Positions 13,831 to 28,575 of a stretch of 64,000 bases of DNA are shown here, piece by piece. Position numbers and translations under genes: made by a program. Source of the stretch: Eledone cirrhosa (Eukaryota); NCBI GenBank assembly GCA_964016885.1, contig OZ024743.1, forward strand, positions 147,498,001 through 147,562,000, read 5' to 3'. The notes under the pieces are model-generated. The model did not search any database and was not told the DNA's origin. It worked only from the letters and a program-made list of their open reading frames with translations. The first letter of the stretch is position 1, and each line of letters starts with the position of its first letter.

Positions 13831-15090
13831 ATGAAGCCACATGCACCGATTGTGCATTGTTGCATAATAATTGCAGACAGTAGATGCTGTGCGATATATT
13901 GCTGCATTAAGTGTGGCCGAAACTCGAGTACTGGTGTAAATTTATGGTACCCATTTACATATGTTGTATTGAAGCAAATAACTTTGTGTCTACTCAGGGA
14001 TTTTTACATAACCTTACGTATAGAGTACGGTACTAGCAATGAAACTTACGCTAGTCCCGTCAACATATATACATACATATATTTCTCTACTGCTGCAGTT
14101 CGTCAGCACCAACGTATGTACGCCTAGAAGGTCAGTGAATTGCCAGAATGATTAGTAAAAAAGGACAAAATAACTTATGATATTAGTTCTAGTTCTATGT
14201 AGATTAGAGCCAAACCGAAAATCCTCAGGCTGAAACTATCAAATAACGTTTAAAATGTTACTGGATGCGTAAAATATAAGTAGCTTTAAGATGCGTAAAT
14301 CCTTCACTTACAACATTAAATATTAGAGAATCAGTAAGGAACATTTTACATACATGTTTGCACTATCTGATATCACATGGGATCGTTTTTAAAAATGGGA
14401 GGAGATATGAGATTAATTTAGTATTCTATAAAATTTTTAAAAGGGGTGGTAACGACTAAATCACGTTTGGTCACAAGTCATCTTGATTAGGATTAACTAG
14501 GGCTAAACATAAACAACATAATAAACTATCAATGGAACATTAGAATGGGCATAAATATGACTATTTTGTGTGCTAAAAAGCATCATGTCAGCTGCAATAA
14601 ACTGAGATGACGGCCTTCCATAAAAAATACAAGAATAATAATTTGCTGTCTGTAACCAAACATTAACAAGCGTTATGACATTCTGAACTATCAACAGTAT
14701 ATATCATCATTGCAATACTATTTCATACACATTCTTACAATGCAGAGCATCTCACTTCATGTCAAAACGGCCTTGGTGTTGTTTACAATTTACACATGTC
14801 AGATGTTTTCTAAAGTTTAAAACTAGAATTTCTGAAAGCTAGAATAAATTCAATTTTCAAAACATTTGCTCTCTCTCATGCAGTTTTCATTATACTCTTA
14901 TTTCCATAAATTCGCAATAGAATGACATGTAGTCGAACCCAGCAATTTTTTGGATTGTAGGCTTAATCCATCACTCAATTGAACATCACCACATAGGCCT
15001 TGGTGGATTTAAAGGGTTCAATTTCAGTGCAAGCAGCCAACGGCTCGTTTCTCTTAACAATAGGTGATGTGTGTTAAACTTCATTATTTG

Positions 15091-15273
15091 AGGATTGGCA
15101 GTATCGGTAGGGGATCGGACGCCATGCTTTCCAGCACAGTTACATCAATTTACGATCTGAGTTCAAATCTCGCCGAGGTTGACTTTGCCTTTCGTCCTTA
15201 CGGGGTCGATAAAATAAAGTACCAGTAATGCACTGGGTAATTGCTGGCCTTGTGCCTAAAGTAAAAACAATTA
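15091..15273 (+). mobile_element. tRNA-derived SINE
   Basis: Family consensus match. Confidence 0.92.
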
Positions 15274-15286
15274 TTTGATTAATCAA

Positions 15287-15474
15287 CGGTGGATTGGCAG
15301 TATTGGTAGAGTGTCGGATGCCATGCTTTGGCGCATAGAGTTACGGCCCTTGCCATTCTGAGTTCACATCCCGCCGAAGTTAACTTTGCCTTTCATCCTT
15401 ACGGGGTCGATAAAATAAAGTACCAGTAATACACTGGGTAATTGCTGGCTTTGTGCCTAACGTAGAAACAATTA
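15287..15474 (+). mobile_element. tRNA-derived SINE inserted at the tail of the previous copy
   Basis: Family match; ATTATTTGATTAATCAAC duplicated on both sides. Confidence 0.92.
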
Positions 15475-15621
15475 TTTGATTAATCAACTAAACCATATAA
15501 TTGAAAATACACATCACATAATTATTTGAGTGTTGTTAGAGTGTTTAATGTATGCAATACAGTCACCACACAGACACATGCACAAACGTTAACATAGATG
15601 TATGTATACCCAAATACCGAT

Positions 15622-15662
<41 letters not shown>

Positions 15663-15730
15663 CATATATATATACATTACATACACACACACATATATAT
15701 GTATATATATATGTGTGTGTACATATGCAT

Positions 15731-15815
<85 letters not shown>

Positions 15816-15818
15816 GAC

Positions 15819-15855
<37 letters not shown>

Positions 15856-16116
15856 TGTGCTGTGTCAATGAGTATGTATAATATGAGTCTCGCAGGAGGG
15901 AGGGCGTGTTTTCTTTATCCGAGTCTATCCGAGATTTGTGCTCGTCAGTGTACATTATTCATACATACATACACGCACACACACACACGCACTTGCTCGC
16001 ACAGACACACATACACACACAAACACACGCACTCACACACACACACACATTCTCTCTCACACACACACATACATACATCCATACATACGCACATATAATT
16101 ATATATATATATATAT

Positions 16117-16168
<52 letters not shown>

Positions 16169-16190
16169 ATGCATATGTACACATTCATCT

Positions 16191-16231
<41 letters not shown>

Positions 16232-16435
16232 GATGTATGTGTATACTTTTGAATCCCTTGGGACAGAAAATGGGAAATTGTAAAGTTCATGTCTTTCCAA
16301 GGGTGTTAGCAATATGACTGACACTGTCGATTTATTACACATCGGACACCTGTCTGTCACACTGGCATTTAACAAACACATTGAAACAGAAACATCTCAC
16401 TAAATTCTATACATAAGCATATATGTAGTCTGTGA

Positions 16436-16478
<43 letters not shown>

Positions 16479-16662
16479 ATTAGTATATCTACCAACATAT
16501 GTATACAGATGTATACTCATGCTAGCAAATATATATGTTATGTCTTAGTACATTTGTGGTTCTATGCAGGGGGGTGCAGAACAATTATATGAAAGACGTA
16601 AAATAAGAAAATTTTAGTAAGTAAGTTAATTTTTAATTTTTAAAATTTTCTTCTTTTACGTC

Positions 16663-16935
<273 letters not shown>

Positions 16936-17048
16936 ACTACTACTACTACTACTAATAATAATAGTAATAATAATAAATTGGAGACTAAAATCCAAAGAGG
17001 GCTCGATAAGGATAAATATATCTCAAATATATAAGAACCGTAGAGCAA

Positions 17049-17174
17049 ATATTTATTAAAATAACAGATTAAAGTTTAAGCAAAGAATCGCTGCTTTCAC
17101 CCTTAACGGGATCCCGTTAAGGGTGAAAGCAGAGATTCTTTGCTTAAACTTTATTCTGTTATTTTAATAAATAT
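17049..17174. repeat. Near-perfect spacerless palindrome made of two HHR 3' halves (family of 52180/55773)
   Basis: Centre GGGA|TCCC at 17111/17112; each arm reads TCCCgttaaGGGT-GAAA-GCAG...TTGC-TT-AAAC. Confidence 0.92.
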
Positions 17175-17251
17175 ATATATATATATATACATATATATAT
17201 ACATACTTATTTGAGAGGATGTAACGAAAGGCGTTACTCCGTTACAATCAT

Positions 17252-17368
17252 GTAATTCTACGATCGTTTCGATTAAAAGAGACATAATGCCAATCAACTA
17301 AATTAGTTAGTCACTTACTTAATTATTTCTATGAGACAGACATCCCGCAGAATCTCATCACCAAACTG
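17252..17368 (-). ncRNA. Degenerate hammerhead-like motif
   Basis: Minus strand: GTGATGA-GATT[long insert]AATC-GAAA-CGATCG-TA^; C3 altered and stem I poor. Confidence 0.45.
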
Positions 17369-18299
17369 TGTTATTTAGATGAGTCACTTGGCTCCAATTA
17401 TGTTATTATACGTGCATGCGTTCAAGGAGAGAAGGAGAAAATAAGAATAGGATATAGAAAAAGAAACACAAATTAGATAAGTTGTGTGGCGAAAAAAGCA
17501 CCCAAAATTTAAGCATTATGGAGGAAGTATAACATTGTCAGAGAGAGTTAGACAGAAAGATAAGTCACTACGCAAACCGAGACTAAAATATTCAAGTTAT
17601 GAGCGTTGATATTTATTATAATGTTAAACCTTTTTAGTGATATAGTCCATGATTGCATATACTTATATAACATATAATCATGTGATTATACTACCACGTG
17701 TGAAAAATGAACCCCTATATGAGTATTTTCTATTTAAATTCTAACCACGTGCTGATACGTAAAAGCGTATTTACACCGGTGGTAAGTTTATAAAGTATCC
17801 CGTCAATCAGAGATCCGTGGTATAGTCATGCGGTAATACCCCCACAACCTGGCTAGAGTTAGTATCGGCTTGTACAGCGGTTGGGATTTATATATATAAG
17901 CTCACAAATATCACAAAATCAAAGGGTGATTTTCTCAAATATATATATATGCGTATTGTAAGCCCCAAATTATCAATCAATATGAATACTCTCATAATGA
18001 ACGTATGGGAAAGGCTATATAGCATGTTAATTTAAGCTATTTCTTTTAATTTCGTCACCTATTACTAATGTAAAAGTGTTTAAGTCTATTATTACGTAAT
18101 AAGTATATGAGTAGACAGTAGAAACAATAAAATGGTGCAGACTTAAAGAGGTTATAATAGTACATTAAGTGGCCTCGTTTTTACTATAGTAGAATGAGTA
18201 GGAATTCCAGTGCAAACACGGAGAAAGAGTTTCAGATATCTTATTTAAGATTGTTATGAAAGACCTCATAATTACGAGTCCCTCTGTGAGACAAAGATT

Positions 18300-19625
18300 A
18301 CATTCGAGGTTGCCAGGCCTGTATGCTTGGGCAACTTTCAAAATATCTATTTGAGGGACTAATTGATATTAGATTTTTAAAAATTCAATATGAAATGGGC
18401 GAGCGTTTAAATCCCATATGAAATAACAGGTTCTCAGAATCGCGGTAGATAAGTACTGGATGTCTTAATTCACCTATGAACTGCCAGAGAGTAGTGAAAC
18501 AAAATTTCTCATAGATAATCTTTAAAAAAATGATCAGTTCGATGAAACAGCATATCAGCACAGATGTGAAAGAAACATGGGAACAACATGTGAATGAACA
18601 TATTTCTACTTATTCATGCGATACCATTTATCCACAATCTACCAATATTCCTAATAAATTCAAGGGGATTAATTTAGCTCTTATATAAAAGTAAACTGGA
18701 AATGAAAACTGGACGACCGTTATATTTTGTGGAGAGAAAGTATTGATAAACTGAACAGTTTTTAATCTCTCATTAATAATACACCTCATATCTAATTCCC
18801 AATAGATTTTAGCAACATAAAAATCTCCTTCTTAGATATACTAATACCAAAGAGAAGCTCAAATCTAGAAACTGATATATATATATCGGACCTAAGGCCT
18901 TCTGCCAATACTTTCTTTTCAATTTATTTCATCCTAAACTTACACAGACCAACACTCAATTTATTTTCTCTAAGCGAATTTGCACAATAGTCTCAAACCC
19001 AATAACAAGAGACTACAGGTTAGTAAAGATAAAAAAATAGTTATTAAAAGAAAATATCACACCTAAATGTAAACAATAATGGTATACAAAAACAAGTATT
19101 CTTAACAAGGAACTCCATGAAATCAAAGCCATATACGTGTCGTACCATATATGTCAGATTTTAAACTAAAGAATTCCGACATCCCTACGTATCTCCAACT
19201 ATAGATACCGAGTCAATTAAGAGAAAGAATAAACGAAAAACCTCTGGTAGAAATATCCAAATATACATTTAAAATATAAACAGAATTACAAACAATATAG
19301 TGACGAATGTCAAATTACATACAGTATCTAAACACTCACTATCAAAAGATGGAAACTGCACATTTCGGAGTGAGGAGGTACATTTTATGAAATGTATGAT
19401 TTATCTTCAACAATAAAACAACGTTATGCGACACTCCTAAAAATTATACAGAACGCAAGGATATAGACATTTGCGCCCCTTGTCATACACAGAGTATACG
19501 CAGTACATAACGATTCCAGCACAAATTTAATCTTGAAAATTTTACTCTGAACACCTCACGATGTTTGGAATCTTTCGGTACAAAAGATATAAATTAAGTA
19601 TTCTTTCTGCAAATGCCCTTTAAAA
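18300..19625 (+). pseudogene. Decayed Penelope-like reverse transcriptase/thumb (and probable GIY-YIG) remnant
   Basis: Manual translation gives NWK*KLDDRYILW (YxDD region), ISFLDILI, LETDIY, QYFLFNLFHPK and SKRICTIVSNPITRDYRL, matching the PLE RT/thumb pattern FLD..TDIY..HP..ARRICTIVS; many stops. Confidence 0.8.
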
Positions 19626-20099
19626 AATAATGATCATAATTTATTTTTGTTGCGCATTGTAAATTTATATGTATTTATAAACTAAATATTAAGTGCAGCT
19701 TCAACGTTTATTATTGTATTTCCTACACACACACACACACACACCCACCCACACACACACACACATATATATATATATGGTGGCTGCCAACTCGTTTTCG
19801 AGTATGGCCACTACTTTATATCCATGTAGGAGAACCCCTACCAATGCGCTGAACGAGTGTGACTTTTTAGTCCAGCCAGCGACTTGAAAACTCTGGTACA
19901 AACACTACACCTGTGACAATTATTGACACATAGTGCTGGGCCCATGGTACCATGTGATGACAAGTGCAGAGAGATCTCCAGATATAAAGCAATGCCTGTG
20001 CCGTGAAGCTTTTATAGTGAGCAAAGGCACTGCACAAAGCCAGTCCCACTCTCTTAACCAAGATAATATTTACCAAAAAGAAGAACAAGTCAACATCAT

Positions 20100-20390
20100 T
20101 GGATACCATCAGGGTTGCAGATGTTATATCAGAGTTTTCCTTCTCCTAGAATTCTGCCTTGACAAAGGCTAAGGGGTCATCTCTCCCAGTGATTTTGGAT
20201 AGCCATTGACTCTAAAGAGCTCCTTTGCCCTTTGACAGGTTTTGTTTTTAGTCCTGCAGGATGTCCAAAGTCACCCTCCTCACCAAGAAACCTTGGTGGG
20301 GTTGCCAGTTTAGTCGCCAACGACCCGACCATGGAACAGGTTGTACTGGGATACATGTTACCAGTAGCACCAACTGGTGACCTGACATAA
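20100..20390 (-). mobile_element. Probable RTE-type LINE 5' UTR fragment
   Basis: TTTCCTTCTCCTAG...GCCTTGACAAAGGCTA resembles a motif I recall from RTE-clade 5' ends; not verified. Confidence 0.35.
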
Positions 20391-21892
20391 TATATATATA
20401 TATATATACATACATAGTTTACATATTGTCAAACTGGGTATGCAATTGTTCAACTTAAGCTATTTCACACCAAGGGACTATCATTTGTTGAAAATAGTAA
20501 TAACAAAATACGAATAACATTTGATCCCTCATAAGTAAAAAAAGAAAACGACAAATTCCTGACAAACAATATATTCTGCAGCCAAAATAATAAAGATTTT
20601 GGTATGATCATGTAAAACAATTAGTGGTAATGCTGGGAGTTGCCATCACTTCGAAATGTGATATCTTTCGTTTAATTATTTCTTAGAACCCATTCTTTAT
20701 TTAGCTATTGAATCCTATAATTTGTTGCATGTGTAAAAAAATAACAACAGTAATAGTTTACTTAAATTTGCGGTTAATTCTTTTTTATTATTATTTCGAA
20801 AATTGAAAAAAAACAAAACAAAGAAAAACCCCAACAAAAAAACAATATAACGTGAAAAGAAAGGAAAATAAATGTAATTTTCTCTTATTGATGTTGACGT
20901 TGCTCTAGCGCTCCCTATTATTTAGAATTGCTGATACATCTGTTTGTATTCTCCACTTATTTGTTATCGTTGTTATTGTAGACACCTTTATCCTTGTTGT
21001 TGTTATTATTAGTGTTATTATTGCTGCTGATGTTGCTGTTGGTGGTGGTGATGACGGCGTTGTTGTTCCTATTACGGATTGATGTCCTTGTGGATGATGT
21101 CTTTCTGGTTGTTCTCTGAGTAGTATTTAATATGACCTAGAACTGCCAAAATACCAATGCTTTGTTTTTCTTTCTCAGTTATTAACTGATTTAAATCCCA
21201 GGGGCTGTTATTCAAACTTTTAAAGTTTTGTTTTAGTACTTTCTTTTTAATCACCTTTTCAAATTTTTTATTTGTCAGTATATTTCATTAGTTATTTCGT
21301 CTTTACAGTAAAGGGAGAGACAACTGATTTTGATGTAAAACACTTAAGCAAATACTAAGTAATAATCAAAGTGAGGTGTTTTAATGAATGAAATTTGTTG
21401 GACTGTTAAATTTTACACAACAAAATTAATAACATTTTTAAAGTTTTGACCACATGCTCACAGTAGAAAAACAATTTCAGAAAAAAACAAACATATATAT
21501 AAGGTTGATTATGACATGAGCCCTGGTTGAACAAAGTTCAATGCCAAAGAACAGCCAGAAAGGACATCCTATATAAAAAAGTCTGTTTCTGGATTTGTGA
21601 GTTCGTTATAGGAATTCCATTGGTCTACACACCCAGATAGATCATAATTGATTAGTTGCTCATGTCATCTAGTCGACATACAAGTTGTCTGCATGTAACG
21701 GAATAGATAAATTGATATAGTTTTGCCAAGATCTATAGACTGTTTAACATGACAACGTGTGTTGCGTATCTGTCAACAACTTTTGGCAATATTGAGCCAG
21801 AGAAAATCTAGACTATATTTCAGTAGTTAATCAGTAAGCATACATTGAATGCATTTACATGTTACGAACAGATTGAGAGAGAGAGAGAGAGT

Positions 21893-21992
<100 letters not shown>

Positions 21993-22713
21993 TTATTGCG
22001 TCAAACTGTTCAACATTAATATGCTGAATATCAATACAAATAGAATATAAATGTTTTTATTACACATTAGTATATTCGAATTACAGTCTTCATTTAGTTT
22101 ACATTCTTTTCAGGTGCCTATCGCATTCGATAATTTTCCCATTGTGCCTATTCGGATGTCCATACCAAATGCATTCCTGTATTCGTTATTGTCCTATTCC
22201 TGATGATGCTTGCTCATTCCGCTGAGCCCGTAACTGAACTCACCCACACCAGATACATTACATTTAATACTTCAAACTTAACGCAAAAGAATTAGATGAT
22301 GCATATTAACAGATTTAAATCTAACTCTTTTTATGTTAATGATATAATTTTTGTTTCTTAATTAAACACTCTCATACGGGATTCTATGATAGTGTCAACA
22401 AAGAGGATATCGCAATCCAGTATAAGAGCTACTAATCACAGTCGTCTTATATTCCTGTGCTTCTCTCTTTCTATTATGTTGACATAGTTCCACAAGGTTT
22501 GATGAATCAGTTTTGTCACACCATAAATGTTTTGTTTAGGACACTACGGCTTAATGGATTTCTTCTCAATTTCTTTTTTGTAGGCAGCTGGTCACATTTT
22601 TGCATTAATTGCTACAACTCGAAATGATGGAATACATACAGTTATTGTTCATGATCTTTGTTGGTATGCGTATGTTCCCGGAAGGTAAATAGCCATTTGA
22701 ATGCTGTACTAAT

Positions 22714-22900
22714 AATAGTTTCTACGTTTGGTACAAGGCCAGCAATTACCCAGTGCATTACTGGTACTTTATTTTATCGACCCCGTAAGGATGAAAGGCA
22801 AAGTTAACTTCGGCGGGGTTTTGAACTCAGAATGGCAAGGGCCGTAACTCTATCCGTCAAAGCATGGCGTCCGACCATCTACCGAAACTGCCAATCCACC
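22714..22900 (-). mobile_element. tRNA-derived SINE
   Basis: Family match. Confidence 0.92.
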
Positions 22901-23243
22901 TAATGTATGTACTGCAGATCGGACTTTTGTCCGGCATGACTCTAATGAAAGGTGAATTGTGGCAGTTTCTGTTACTACCATTATAAAACTTCATAACACT
23001 GCATGTGGAGGTATAAAACATGCTTTTGTGGCAGTTTCACGTTGAAGGGTGTTTTTTTAAAATCCTATTAGACTGTTGTTGATAGGTATCTGAGTGACAA
23101 CTTATTTGTTTTGCTCAATGTTGTAGGTCACGGATGCTACCATTCTTCCCGCTATATTGGAATCATAATTTAGTTATTATCAGGTAAATGTGGGATTTCA
23201 TATTTCGTGAGGTATCGGTACATCCAGGAAGGTCTGGTTATTG

Positions 23244-23600
23244 TATTAGATTGGAGAGAAAGTTCTCGCTGCTTTTCGAATTTTTATTGACTTTCGAAAT
23301 TTTTAACATTAGGAAAATTGCATATCACAAAATAATCACCTTCATTTGCGATTACCGTCTGCCATCGTCTAGGGAGGCACATGATTCAATCCTTGTGGAA
23401 GGCTTCAGAATTCGAGGCAAAAAATTACGTCAAGCTCTGATTTAACTGGTCTTCATTTTCGAAGGTCTTTGACGGCATTAAATTGCTCAATGAGGAAAAA
23501 AGTTGATAGTCTGTAGGCGCGATGTCGGACGAATATGGCGGGTGGGGTAGAATGTCCCAACATAGCTCTAGCAGCTTCTCATGGATCATCATTCATGTAT
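23244..23600 (-). mobile_element. Mariner transposon 3' remnant (transposase C-terminus and TIR-like end)
   Basis: Minus translation EKLLELCWDILPHPPYSSDIAPTDYQLF...LPRRWQTVIANEGDYF (YSPDLAP motif); TATTAGATTGG end. Confidence 0.92.
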
Positions 23601-24358
23601 TTGGCCGAGCGTTAGTAGCAACCGAATAATTAAATCATAATGACGTATTGAACGCTACTCAGTTTAAGATATACAAAATCTAGGTGATGTTCATGACTGG
23701 AGTGTCTTTGATCAAATATCTGCTCAATCAGTGATAACTTTGAGAGGAGGGGCTGAACAGCACCGCCTGGAACATGAGTGTAACCTCACAACATTTTTTC
23801 TCTTTATTGAAGTCAATAGGGCTAATCATACATTGACAGTTCGAAATGTTTATGAAAAGTCAATAATTGAATGTTTTATAATACTTGCTTGAGAAAAAAA
23901 TATCGATTGCTTGTTTGCTTGCTTCCTGGCTTGATTGATTGATTGATTCATCCAGCACTCAGTATTCTTTTGTATGTTTCTGGAATTCAGAATTCAGTTA
24001 TTCACAACCATATTCTTTGATAGGAAAATTCTAAAGGATGCCTTTCAAAGCTGTTTAAGGCATATACTGCCTCAGTAGTCCATTTATATTATCTTAAAAG
24101 ACATTTTAAGGATATATTCATGTAAGAGACAATAGTTGTGTATGGGTGATTCTTTAGACTGACCAAAACACATTACCAATTCTATAAAATATCCACTTTC
24201 TGAAAATATCACTTATTTCGGTAGGAACGTATGTATATGTGCATCTGTACACTCACACATATGCACACACACACACACGTGTATGTATGTATACATACAC
24301 ATATGTATATATAAGTTTGGAAATACATCTATATATATATGTAGGTATATATATATGT

Positions 24359-24414
<56 letters not shown>

Positions 24415-24436
24415 GTATATATGTATATATATATAA

Positions 24437-24483
<47 letters not shown>

Positions 24484-24554
24484 TAAATACGTACATACAC
24501 ACACACATAAATACGTACATACACACACACATAAATACGTACATACACACACAC

Positions 24555-24622
<68 letters not shown>

Positions 24623-24644
24623 GTATATATGTATATATATATAA

Positions 24645-24693
<49 letters not shown>

Positions 24694-24706
24694 TAAATAC
24701 GTACAT

Positions 24707-24785
<79 letters not shown>

Positions 24786-25329
24786 TATTTGGAAATATAT
24801 ATATATATATATATATATAAGTATATATGTATATATATAATGTATTCCTCTCATTCAAAATTACCAAGTCATGCCATCAGCATCAGCGTCAAAATATATT
24901 ACAACGAGTATCGCACTGAAACAATGCAAAAGAAACTCGTTAAAAATGTGTCGGTTGAGCTCTACCGACTGAAAAACCTCTTTTAATCACAAGAATAACA
25001 TAGAATATTTCTTTAATTCACATAACTTGCAGAAGAAATAACATTCTTCATCACATATAAAAACAGTTAAAAGTACATACAATACAATATCTTTGTAAGA
25101 TCCTAGTCAGCATGGATGCTATGTTTTCTTTGATCAGATGCGTGAAAGCGGAAATGGAACGTCTGTTGTAAGCATGTTCATACGTACATATTTCTGGTAT
25201 GAGCAAAATCACGAATCATCTCTTATTGTTTAGGGAAATAAATAATAATTCTAGTAATAACAGTTATCAGATTTTAATTTCTTTTTTTGGGGGCGATCAC
25301 CGCATACTTTCTCAGCTCGCACATTAATA

Positions 25330-26620
25330 CCTAAATTTCACTCGAGTTACTCCCTGCTATGTTTAATTCAGTTCAATTCAAATTCGGTTTAATGGAAACG
25401 ACGTGTATCAAATTCCGAATCAAAAGTTATAAGAAATCTGCATGACCATAGCTATATCAATAATGAAAATATGTCAGTCAAGCATAGTTGAATTCTCTAT
25501 CTAGTTTTGTTTTATGTTCTGAATTGTATTGTGCTGCATTGGCTTTTTGTCTTTCATGAACGGTCAGCTGCCAAGAAATTGCCACACTTCTGTGTACTCA
25601 TGTATAAGTTGCGCGCTGATTGTCTGGTCTTGTATGCTTATAGTTTCGTGAAAATAACAACTCGTGTATATTTGGTATAATTTATTCGTACTATTAGATT
25701 GCTGTTAGTTGTGATACACGTAATGTATTTCAACATTTGTTAGTGGTTTTTTCGTGTATACAGAAGCAACCTATGTGTTTGCCTTTCTTCTTATATTTAT
25801 TGCTAAATTGTAATTGTTCTATCCTTTTAACTTGAAATACAGTTATATTAAATAATAAAGTTGAAGACATATTTTAGTTTATAAGACTGTTTGTGATATG
25901 GCGTATATGTTATATAGTGACAGTAATGAATAACCATATGGGCTCATGTAGAGAAACCATAAGACATTTTTCTAGTTGTATAGATTGGTTTGAGGACGTG
26001 TGAATGAGCCTTTCTTGGTATATTTGGTGCTATTATATTTAAGAGCTTATATAATATTTATGGTTTTAAATATGGAAGGTATAGTAAAGAAACTTTCTAC
26101 ATATATAATGGAAACATTGCTATATTTTTCAGTATCCAGTTTGATTTTAAATATTTTTTTTTACATAGGCGTGCATGTTGTTTGGTGGTTAGGTCAATTT
26201 GGTTAATAATCTTATATATTGATGTGTTGATTTGGAAGATTATATTCTGTTTGTGTGTTTTATTGTTGAATGTCGGAGAATTTACAGATGTTTGTCGGCG
26301 AAAAAATATCCTTTTATGTATTGGAAAATAATTTGAACGTTTGCAGTATTAAATTAATTAGTTGTGATTACTATTTAATTGTGCAAATTTATCTTTTAAA
26401 TTTTGATGAATTTGCTGTTGTCATGTAACATTATTGATTTTTATAATAAATTCTTCATTATTCATAATAGTATTACTCATATCGCCTTTGCATATCACGA
26501 TTTTATCGTTGCTTCATTTAAATTATGTAGGGCTTGTTTGAGGTTGGTTGTAAGTATATGTTTGCTATTGATGTACGCGTTTATTCATTTCCTTCACAAC
26601 TAAAAGTAAAAGTAAATAAC
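25330..26620 (-). pseudogene. Heavily decayed Penelope-like ORF remnant (thumb, linker, GIY-YIG C-terminus)
   Basis: Minus-strand fragments resembling RxxxWF..PY, GCFC..K.PL..C and QLCLTDI...SEFDTRRFH*TEFEL; same type as the 54895 ORF end. Confidence 0.55.
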
Positions 26621-27036
26621 CAGAATCTGTTGCCGACTGACTATGTATTTACAATACGGAATCATTGTAATCTGTTAAACACAAAATATAAAACAAAACT
26701 AAGTAAAAAACACTATTTGATAACGTAATCGTATATAAAATTACAAACAACACAAATCTGGAAGATTAAAAATTAGAAAATTTCATCAATAGTAATATAC
26801 ACACAAAACCTTAATACCCAGATAAAGCAAACTAACAACGAAATAGAACAGCTACTGGTTGGTGAAATTCATTTAGAATTAACGGTAAAATTTGCGATTC
26901 AATGATGATAGACTTATCCCCATTAAATTTACTGCTTTAAAATAAAGAAAAGAATGGTAATAAAACATTCAAGCCAGAAAATGACAATGTACTTAGAAAC
27001 ATGTTGTTTCAAACTGAACATACACACACACACGCA

Positions 27037-27111
<75 letters not shown>

Positions 27112-27262
27112 ACACAGATACACACAAAAACATACATACATATATATATGTATACCATATTCCCACGCATTACGCTTGTTTTATTGAGGATAAATCTGTT
27201 TGAGTTAAAACTTTTTTTATGATTTTCTGTATTTTCGTTGACCATTGTGCTCAATTTCTTTG

Positions 27263-27362
<100 letters not shown>

Positions 27363-27483
27363 TATATAGATATATATATAAATGGAAAAGAATGAAACGA
27401 AATTTCATTTCTCACTCTTAGTACGGCTGATACTTAAATGGAAAATATACTTTCAGACGTTCAACCATCTGACAGAAAGTTAT

Positions 27484-27526
27484 ACGATGCTGACGATAGC
27501 TAATAAACCTGAAACTAGTACATCGT
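27484..27526 (+). ncRNA. Type I hammerhead ribozyme (stem II damaged)
   Basis: ACGATG-CTGACGA-TAGCtaataaACCT-GAAA-CTAG-TA^CATCGT. Confidence 0.78.
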
Positions 27527-27645
27527 TCCTGTGTCAGTGTTGAACAAAAATGTGACGATGGTTGCTTGAACACTGTACGGCGTAATTCGGGCTGTTTGTT
27601 TACAAACAAACCGAGCATTATAATAAATGTTCAGTAAACCTGTAC

Positions 27646-27686
<41 letters not shown>

Positions 27687-27939
27687 CATGTGTGTATATA
27701 TATACATACTACTGTACGTCTGTATACATATAAGTATGTACGTATACATACATACTTACATTTAAGTACCAGTCGTATTAAGAGTGAGAAAATGAAATTT
27801 CGTGTCATCCTTTTCCATTTATCGTTTTCGGTGCGCCCGGCCGATTAACTCACTCGATATGCAAATTATACTGCTCAGCCGTTAATATGCATAAGGAAAG
27901 TATATACTTTCAGACGTTCACCCATCTGACAGAAAGTAT

Positions 27940-27982
27940 ACGATGCTGACGATAGCTAATAAGCTTGAAACTAGTACATCAT
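27940..27982 (+). ncRNA. Type I hammerhead ribozyme
   Basis: ACGATG-CTGACGA-TAGCtaataaGCTT-GAAA-CTAG-TA^CATCAT. Confidence 0.85.
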
Positions 27983-28170
27983 TCATGTGTCAGTGTTGAA
28001 CAAAAAGATGACGATGGTTGGCTGAACACTACGGCGTCATTCGGGCTGTTTGTTTACAAACAAACCGAGCATTATAATAAATGTTCGGTAAACCCATACG
28101 TACATGTATCTATATATATAGATACTACTGTACGTCTGTATACATATATATATGTACGTATACATACATA

Positions 28171-28244
<74 letters not shown>

Positions 28245-28314
28245 TGTGTGTGTATGTGAGTGTGTGTATGCAAGATTGTTTATGGAAGACCAGAAGTCGT
28301 CCATGTAAACATGT

Positions 28315-28505
28315 CTCCTCTCAACGCGTTACCGATGTCGTCCAAGGGAAAGGCAAAAGCCGATACAGGTTGCTACCAGTGACGTGGCAACTCATTTCTG
28401 CAGCTGAGTAAACTGGAGCAACGTGAAATAACGTATTCGGGACGGGAGTGGGACTCACAATCTCACGATTGCAAGTCCAGCGCATTATCTACTGCGACAT
28501 GTGCC

Positions 28506-28507
<2 letters not shown>
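28315..28507 (-). mobile_element. Different tRNA-derived SINE family
   Basis: Minus-strand tRNA-like head (AGGCACATGTCGCAGTAG...GTGAGTCCC) followed by a conserved-looking body. Confidence 0.6.

Positions 28508-28575
<68 letters not shown>

Larger units (their letters stand above)
27380..28165 (+). mobile_element. Second, diverged insertion of the 9798 retrozyme/pLTR family (short inverted head plus ~1.6 tandem units)
   Basis: Homologous to 9958-10836; 27380-27439 is the reverse complement of ~27760-27820. Confidence 0.88.

Noticed and set aside
21072-21254. 60-aa ORF faintly like an RLE-type LINE C-terminus
   Set aside because: Too short and diverged to support by eye.
22199-22240. CCTGATGATG motif and upstream acceptor-like TTCTTTTCAG at ~22113
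   Set aside because: No stem II-GAAA, and no convincing open exon or donor site.
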